Part shown: piece after piece, positions 57,909 to 64,000 of the stretch
Layout: every line of letters begins with the position of its first letter
Position numbering within the stretch: position 1 is the stretch's first letter
Source: an uncultured Melioribacteraceae bacterium
GTDB lineage: Bacteria > Bacteroidota > Ignavibacteria > Ignavibacteriales > Melioribacteraceae
Reading direction: 5' to 3'
Length of the DNA stretch: 64,000 bases
Assembly: GCA_964437215.1 (NCBI GenBank)
Contig: CAYTFZ010000004.1
Coordinates: forward strand, 9,077-73,076
Translations under genes and position numbers: made by a program
The notes under the pieces: generated by a model
Database searches by the model: none
What the model was told of the DNA's origin: nothing
Seen by the model: the letters and a program-made list of their open reading frames with translations, nothing else

Positions 57909-60900
57909 ATGTTTTCTAATCTGATGAAAAAAATATTTGGCGATAAGAATATCAAAGCGATAAAAGAGATTTCGCCTTTGGTTGAACAGATAAATGCCGA
58001 ATATGAAAAGCTTGCAAACCTTTCCGATTTTGAACTTAAACAAAAAACGGAAGAATTTAAAAAAATAATAGCTGCCGAAACCGAAGAACTTCGGAATAAA
58101 ATAATTGAATTAAAAAATCAGCTTAAATCGGATGATACAGAAATTGATTCGATAAGTATCCACGAAGAGCTGGATAAACTTAACGAACAGCTTGATGAAA
58201 AATACGAAGAAGTGTTGGACAGTATTCTTCCCGAAGCTTTTGCTGTTGTAAAAGATACATGCCGCCGGCTCGTAGGAAAAACCTGGGAGGCTGCAGGAAA
58301 TAAAATTACCTGGGATATGGTGCCTTACGATGTACAGCTTATAGGCGGCATTGTTTTGCATCAGGGAAAAATTTCCGAAATGGCTACAGGCGAGGGTAAA
58401 ACACTTGTTGCTACAATGCCTATTTATCTTAACGCATTAACCGGCAACGGTGTTCATGTTGTAACGGTAAACGATTATCTTGCCAAACGCGATAGCGAGT
58501 GGATGGGCGAAATATTTAAATTTCACGGATTGACTGTCGGTTGTATATTAAATACAATGAGTCCCGAAGAACGAAAAGATATTTACGGAAAAGATATTAC
58601 CTATGGAACAAACAACGAATTCGGTTTCGATTATCTGCGCGATAATATGTCCATTAGTCTCGAAAATTGCGTTCAACGGGGGCACAACTATACAATTGTT
58701 GACGAAGTTGACTCGGTTTTAATTGACGAAGCGAGAACTCCTCTTATAATTTCTGGTCCGGTGGGAACTACCGAGCACAAATACGACGAAATGAAACCTA
58801 AAGTTGAAAATCTTTACAGACTTCAATCGAAACTTGTTGCAAGCATTGTTCAGGAAGCAGAAACGCTTTTGCAGAAAAATGAAAACACATCGCGTGCCGG
58901 AATATTACTTTTAAGAGCGCACAGGGGTTTGCCAAAAAATAACAAACTTGCAAAATTGTTCAGCGAGCCCGAATACAAAAAGCTTATGCAGGCAACCGAG
59001 CTCGAATTTTTGCGTGAAAAAGGCAAACGGATGCCCGAAATTGATGAAGAACTTTATTTTGCAATTGATGAAAAAAATAATTCTATCGACTTAACCGAAA
59101 AAGGACGCGAAGAACTTGCACGCGGTTCTTCCGAAGGGAAATCGTTTTTTGTGCTTCCCGATCTCGGTACCGAAATAAGTCTTTTCGAGAACGATAAATC
59201 TTTATCCGAAAAAGAAATAATTACTAAAAAAGATGCTCTTTATAAGTTGTATTCGGAAAGAAGCGACAGAATTCATACAATCAACCAGCTTCTGAAAGCT
59301 TACTGTCTTTTCGAAAAAGATGACGAATATGTAATTACCGAAGAAGGCAAAATTGCAATTGTTGATGAGTTTACTGGCCGTGTTCTTCCCGGAAGAAGAT
59401 ATTCCGACGGTTTGCACCAGGCAATTGAAGCAAAAGAGAACGTTAAAGTTGAAAGAGATACGCAAACGCTTGCTACTATAACACTTCAAAATTATTTCCG
59501 ACTTTATAAAAAAATTGCAGGAATGACAGGTACAGCCGAAACCGAAGAAGCCGAATTTCAGGAAATATACAGTTTGGAAGTGGTTGTAATTCCAACAAAT
59601 AAGCCTATTGCCCGTACAGATGACGAAGATGCTATCTTCCGTACGAAACGGGAAAAATATAATGCAATAATTGTAAAACTTGAAGAATTGCTGGCAGAAA
59701 AAAGACCTGTGCTGGTAGGAACAACAAGCGTGGAAGTTTCCGAAACAATAAGCCGTATGCTTAAACGTAAAGGAATTCCGCATAATGTATTAAATGCAAA
59801 ACAGCATAAACGCGAAGCCGAAGTTGTTGCTTTTGCCGGTCAACCCGGGGCTATTACCATTGCAACCAACATGGCAGGCCGCGGAACCGATATAAAATTA
59901 GGCGCAGGAGTTAAAGAAAAGGGCGGATTATATATTTTAGGAACAGAGCGCCACGAATCGCGGCGAATAGACAGGCAGCTTCGCGGACGATCGGGAAGAC
60001 AAGGCGATCCCGGTATGTCTAAGTTTTATCTTTCTCTTGAAGATGACTTGATGAGACTTTTTGGAAGCGAAAGAATTTCGAATGTAATGACACGTATGGG
60101 TCTTGAAGAAGGCGAAGTTATCCAGCACCCTATGATTACGCGGTCTGTTGAGCGTGCCCAGAAAAAAGTTGAAGAAAATAACTTTGCAATACGTAAACGT
60201 CTTCTCGAATACGATAACGTAATGAATCAGCAGCGCGAGGTTATTTACGACCGCCGGCGAAAAGCTCTTGAAGGCGAAAGATTAAAAGACAGCGTACTCG
60301 ATCAGCTTTACGAGTTTATTAACGACCTTGTGGAAGATAATTACGAAAATGCAGAAATTGATATAATAAAAGAAGAGATGCTTAAGAATCTTCTGGTAGA
60401 TATTACTGTTGATCCTAAAACTTTTGCCGATCTTGGCAAAGAGGGCTTGCGCGACAAATTGTATGAAGCTGCAAAAACATTTTATCAGCGGAAAGAAGAA
60501 ATGCTCGGTTCGGAATTAATGGGAAAACTGGAAAGATTTGCGGTTTTGAGCGTTATTGATGAAAAATGGAAAGAGCATTTGCGCGAAATGGATGATATGA
60601 AAGAAGGCATCGGTTTGCGTGCATACGGGCAGAAAGATCCTTTAATTGAATATAAACAGGAAGGATACAGACTTTTTGTAACTATGCTGAATGAAATCAG
60701 AAACAATATTCTATCGTTTTGCTTTAAGTTTTTCCCGCAGGCTCCCGAAGAAATGCAGCGCAGAAACAGACCTGTACAGCGTATGCAGACTATAAAAGAC
60801 GAAGTTACGGGGCTGGGTTCGCAGGGAGGACATCCCGAAGGAACTGAAAGAGGTAAACAGCAGCCGGTAAAAGTTGAAGATAAAATCGGAAGAAATGATC

Positions 60901-60950
60901 CCTGTCCTTGTGGCAGCGGTAAAAAATATAAACAATGTTGCGGCAGTTAA
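57909..60950 (+). CDS. secA: Preprotein translocase ATPase SecA
   Basis: MATGEGKTLVATMP (Walker A), IVDEVDSVLIDEARTPLIISG, TNMAGRGTDIKLG, and a C-terminal zinc motif CPCGSGKKYKQCCG. Confidence 0.97.
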   Translation: MFSNLMKKIFGDKNIKAIKEISPLVEQINAEYEKLANLSDFELKQKTEEFKKIIAAETEELRNKIIELKNQLKSDDTEIDSISIHEELDKLNEQLDEKYEEVLDSILPEAFAVVKDTCRRLVGKTWEAAGNKITWDMVPYDVQLIGGIVLHQGKISEMATGEGKTLVATMPIYLNALTGNGVHVVTVNDYLAKRDSEWMGEIFKFHGLTVGCILNTMSPEERKDIYGKDITYGTNNEFGFDYLRDNMSISLENCVQRGHNYTIVDEVDSVLIDEARTPLIISGPVGTTEHKYDEMKPKVENLYRLQSKLVASIVQEAETLLQKNENTSRAGILLLRAHRGLPKNNKLAKLFSEPEYKKLMQATELEFLREKGKRMPEIDEELYFAIDEKNNSIDLTEKGREELARGSSEGKSFFVLPDLGTEISLFENDKSLSEKEIITKKDALYKLYSERSDRIHTINQLLKAYCLFEKDDEYVITEEGKIAIVDEFTGRVLPGRRYSDGLHQAIEAKENVKVERDTQTLATITLQNYFRLYKKIAGMTGTAETEEAEFQEIYSLEVVVIPTNKPIARTDDEDAIFRTKREKYNAIIVKLEELLAEKRPVLVGTTSVEVSETISRMLKRKGIPHNVLNAKQHKREAEVVAFAGQPGAITIATNMAGRGTDIKLGAGVKEKGGLYILGTERHESRRIDRQLRGRSGRQGDPGMSKFYLSLEDDLMRLFGSERISNVMTRMGLEEGEVIQHPMITRSVERAQKKVEENNFAIRKRLLEYDNVMNQQREVIYDRRRKALEGERLKDSVLDQLYEFINDLVEDNYENAEIDIIKEEMLKNLLVDITVDPKTFADLGKEGLRDKLYEAAKTFYQRKEEMLGSELMGKLERFAVLSVIDEKWKEHLREMDDMKEGIGLRAYGQKDPLIEYKQEGYRLFVTMLNEIRNNILSFCFKFFPQAPEEMQRRNRPVQRMQTIKDEVTGLGSQGGHPEGTERGKQQPVKVEDKIGRNDPCPCGSGKKYKQCCGS

Positions 60951-61301
<351 letters not shown>

Positions 61302-61321
61302 CATTTAAATGCCGGAGATTT

Positions 61322-63484
61322 ATGAAGTTTATTAAAATATATCTGGTTGCAACCCTGTTATTTATTGCAGGATGCGGTGTCTGGAACGATCTTACCACCT
61401 ACTTCAACCTTTACTTTAATCTTTCAACCTTGTTTGAAGAAGCAGAAGACAGGATTATTGCCGAACGCACTGATATATTTTATTTTAAACAGGCACCTCT
61501 TGCTAAGGATATTTCGGCTCAGCTTGATAAAGTTATTGAAAAAAGTTCTAAAATTCTTCAGTTCAATGCAAAATCATCCTATTTTGAAGATGCATTGTTT
61601 ATAACCGGGAAATCTTTTTATTACAAAGAAGAATTTCCTAAAGCTCTCCGCAAGTTTCAAGAACTTCTTAACAGAAACAACGAGGATTTTAATTATTTAG
61701 CAAAACTGTGGGTTGGAAAAACAAACTTGCAGATGCGGAATTTTTCGGAAGGGATGGACGTCCTCGACAAATTGAAGGAAGATACAAAAGATACCGAAAA
61801 CAAAGAAATAGCTCAGGAAGCATTATACACGCAGATAGGTTATTGGATATACCGGGAAAATTACGAAACTGCCGTTGAATACTGTTATCAGCTTATACCT
61901 CTGCTTGATGAAAAAGAAAAAATTTCGCAGGTTTATTTTGAAATGGGTTATTTGTATCTGGAAATTGACAGTCTGGACAATGCCGAAAAATCATTTATTA
62001 CAGCTTTGGAAAATGAACCGTTGTTCGATGTTGAATTTAACAGTCAGTTCGAACTGGGCAAAATAGATTTTATCAGGAAAAATTACAATAAAGCGCTTGA
62101 AATGTTTGAAAAGCTGAAAGAAGAAGATAAATACAGCATTTTCTTTGATAAACTGGATTTAGAAATTGCTAATATCAATTACGAAAAAGGGGATATTGAT
62201 TTGGCGATGGAAGGATATACGAAAATTGATTCGGTTTACAAAGACTCGCCAAGCGCCGGCGAAGCTGCTTATAAGTTAGCTGTAATATTTGCGGAAAAGT
62301 ATAAAAATCTTGATAGCGCAAATGTATATAATGAAAAGGCATTTGCTTCAAAAGCCGACCCCGTAATAATTTCATCTGCCCGGGCTAAAAGAGTTATTTA
62401 TGCCAAATATTTCGAATACCGCAATGAAATGGCAAAATTGGATAAACAATTATTATATCTAACAGATTCAACTGCATTTATTAACGATTCGTTGATTTAT
62501 GCTGCCAAGCTCGATTCGATTAATAAAAAAAATGAAGAAGAAGGAAACTCTTCTGAAGAGCAGAAGAAAACTACACCACGCCTGCAGTCAGGTACAAACC
62601 GAAGGACATCGGAACAAACGCAAACTCAGCTGACAGGTTCAGCTGATCAGCTTATTGCTCCTGTTCGTCCTCAAATATCAACCGATTCGGTTAAATCAAA
62701 GCTGTCAAATTATTATTTTGAAATGGCAAATCTTTTTTACACAGAATTAAATGAATCCGATTCGGCAAAATATTATTATCAATTATCCTTGAATAAATAC
62801 CCGGGATATACAAAAAATGCGGCAAGATCAAAATTTGCACTTGCAAATTACTTGCTTGCCGAAGGAAACAAGGAAAAAGCCGACAGTCTTTATCTGGAAA
62901 TTTATAATACTTCCAACGATATTGTAATAGTAAACGAATCGGCTAAGCAAATAGGGAAGCCGCTTGTAAACACAGGATCAGACCCTTTGGAAGAGCAGAT
63001 GCTCGGGGCCGAACAATTATATGAGAACAAAAAATTTGAGGCGGCAGCTGAAGAATACTTTAATATATTTAAATCAAATCCTTCATCTAAAATGGCGCCA
63101 AAAGCTTTATATGCAGCTGGATTTATTTACGAGAATGATTTAAACCTTTCTGAAAACGCTTTCAACTATTACGATAGTCTTATTCAAAAATATCCTGCAA
63201 GCGAATATGCGAAAATAGTACGTCCGAAAGTGGATGTATTTAGAGAAGAGCTTGAAATCAAAAAGAAAAGAGAACAGGAAATCAGGGATTCGATTGAAGC
63301 TGCAAACAAGCCGGTTTTGCCAGATTCGGTTAAACAGGAAGACCTCCAACGAGAAAAACCTGGCGGTGATATTTCTCCTTTGGAAATACCGGCTGAAAAA
63401 GACAGCAACGATGCTGAAATCCGGTTGCCGGATAACAAGGCTGTTCAGGATTCATCAAAACGAAGAATTCTGTTGGAAAAATAA
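61322..63484 (+). CDS. TPR-repeat lipoprotein
   Basis: Lipoprotein signal MKFIKIYLVATLLFIAG/C. Multiple TPR-like helical repeats (e.g. AEKSFITALENEP, ALEMFEKLKEEDKY, AFNYYDSLIQKYPASEYA) and a low-complexity Ser/Thr/Gln linker. Confidence 0.6.
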   Translation: MKFIKIYLVATLLFIAGCGVWNDLTTYFNLYFNLSTLFEEAEDRIIAERTDIFYFKQAPLAKDISAQLDKVIEKSSKILQFNAKSSYFEDALFITGKSFYYKEEFPKALRKFQELLNRNNEDFNYLAKLWVGKTNLQMRNFSEGMDVLDKLKEDTKDTENKEIAQEALYTQIGYWIYRENYETAVEYCYQLIPLLDEKEKISQVYFEMGYLYLEIDSLDNAEKSFITALENEPLFDVEFNSQFELGKIDFIRKNYNKALEMFEKLKEEDKYSIFFDKLDLEIANINYEKGDIDLAMEGYTKIDSVYKDSPSAGEAAYKLAVIFAEKYKNLDSANVYNEKAFASKADPVIISSARAKRVIYAKYFEYRNEMAKLDKQLLYLTDSTAFINDSLIYAAKLDSINKKNEEEGNSSEEQKKTTPRLQSGTNRRTSEQTQTQLTGSADQLIAPVRPQISTDSVKSKLSNYYFEMANLFYTELNESDSAKYYYQLSLNKYPGYTKNAARSKFALANYLLAEGNKEKADSLYLEIYNTSNDIVIVNESAKQIGKPLVNTGSDPLEEQMLGAEQLYENKKFEAAAEEYFNIFKSNPSSKMAPKALYAAGFIYENDLNLSENAFNYYDSLIQKYPASEYAKIVRPKVDVFREELEIKKKREQEIRDSIEAANKPVLPDSVKQEDLQREKPGGDISPLEIPAEKDSNDAEIRLPDNKAVQDSSKRRILLEK

Positions 63485-63506
63485 GTTTAACCAAAGCAGG
63501 CAGAAA

Positions 63507-64000
63507 ATGACGCGCCGAGAATTAATTGAAATGCTTGAAGCCGGCGAAACTTATCAAATTGAATTTAAAGAAAAATTCTTCTCTTTCGAAAAAATTGCTA
63601 AGGAAATGATTGCTTTTGCCAATTCCTCCGGAGGGCATATTATTTTTGGCATTAGGGATAATAAAAAAATAATAGGGGTCGATAGCGAAAAAACAATTGC
63701 AGATTTGGTTGAAAAAACCATAAGAGATTTTACCGAACCGGTTATCGAATATAAGATTTTTTATTATGACCTGGATAATAAAGAAATTGTTACAATCGAA
63801 ATTCCCGAATCATCAAATAAACCCCACAGAATTCAAGATTATAAACCTTCGCTGGATATGAATACTGCACAGGTTTTTGTTAGGGTTAACGATAAAAGTG
63901 TTCCGGCAAGCAAGGAGATGATTAAGCTGCTGAAAATGCGCAGCGAGGATAAAGAACTGCACAAATACAAAGTGGGAAGTCTGGAAAGAACGGTTTTTGA
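63507..64000 (+). CDS. Partial (3' end beyond the window) AlbA_2/Schlafen-like putative DNA-binding domain protein
   Basis: My own translation: MTRRELIEMLEAGETYQIEFKEKFFSFEKIAKEMIAFANSSGGHIIFGIRDNKKIIGV... The E-x-E-FK ... AFANSxGGxIxxGI pattern matches the AlbA_2 domain. Confidence 0.55.
   Translation, partial: MTRRELIEMLEAGETYQIEFKEKFFSFEKIAKEMIAFANSSGGHIIFGIRDNKKIIGVDSEKTIADLVEKTIRDFTEPVIEYKIFYYDLDNKEIVTIEIPESSNKPHRIQDYKPSLDMNTAQVFVRVNDKSVPASKEMIKLLKMRSEDKELHKYKVGSLERTVF

Noticed and set aside
59202-59783. Long antisense or alternative-frame ORFs inside well-supported genes. Examples: 59202..59783 in secA, 21297..21818 in the NhaP2-like gene, 6706..7109 in the kinase gene, 31517..31909 in prmA, 56169..56555 in the GlcNAc-kinase-like gene, 22598..22939 and 37591..38001.
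   Set aside because: Each lies wholly within a gene whose product carries strong family motifs. Their translations are low-complexity or Cys/Phe/Ser-rich with no motifs, so I treat them as shadow ORFs.

Overview
Dense 64-kb chromosomal window with low GC by eye (not computed). About 60 protein-coding genes; I recognised no rRNA, tRNA, CRISPR array, transposase or integrase. All calls come from reading the supplied translations and the DNA for family motifs; no similarity search was run. The likely source is an FCB-superphylum bacterium, possibly Ignavibacteria-like. This is inference from a T9SS-type C-terminal sorting domain, a PafA-type phosphatase, Gln at +1 of most signal peptides, frequent Shine-Dalgarno-like GGAG/AGGTG motifs and a chemoreceptor. 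Most of the window is housekeeping: proS, secA, glnA, glnB, sucC, trxB, lgt, prc, ybaK, rsmI, prmA, queG and an Nfu-type scaffold. Interspersed are envelope and glycan genes: a GH10 xylanase, a DUF3160 T9SS cargo protein, a GH140-like protein, M14 and M28 peptidases and beta-barrel OMPs. The most unusual block is the left-hand operon at 394-6460: GNAT / ATP-grasp / ATP-grasp / GNAT / FemAB-CelD-like / Wzx-type flippase, translationally coupled and with no glycosyltransferase visible. I read it as a candidate amidoligase system that decorates a lipid-linked surface glycan with amino acids or short peptides. Other points worth a second look: a 1-nt frameshift splitting a KefB-like antiporter just before its Rossmann motif; a perfect 20-bp GC-rich palindrome inside a T9SS sorting-domain coding region; a window-wide Gln +1 signal-peptide pattern alongside a glutaminyl-cyclase-like gene; an MBL-Rieske-QueG operon; glnB placed behind secA; an orphan AddB-like nuclease; an orphan KamA-family radical SAM enzyme; and a 54-aa DUF4295-like gene missed by the ORF track.
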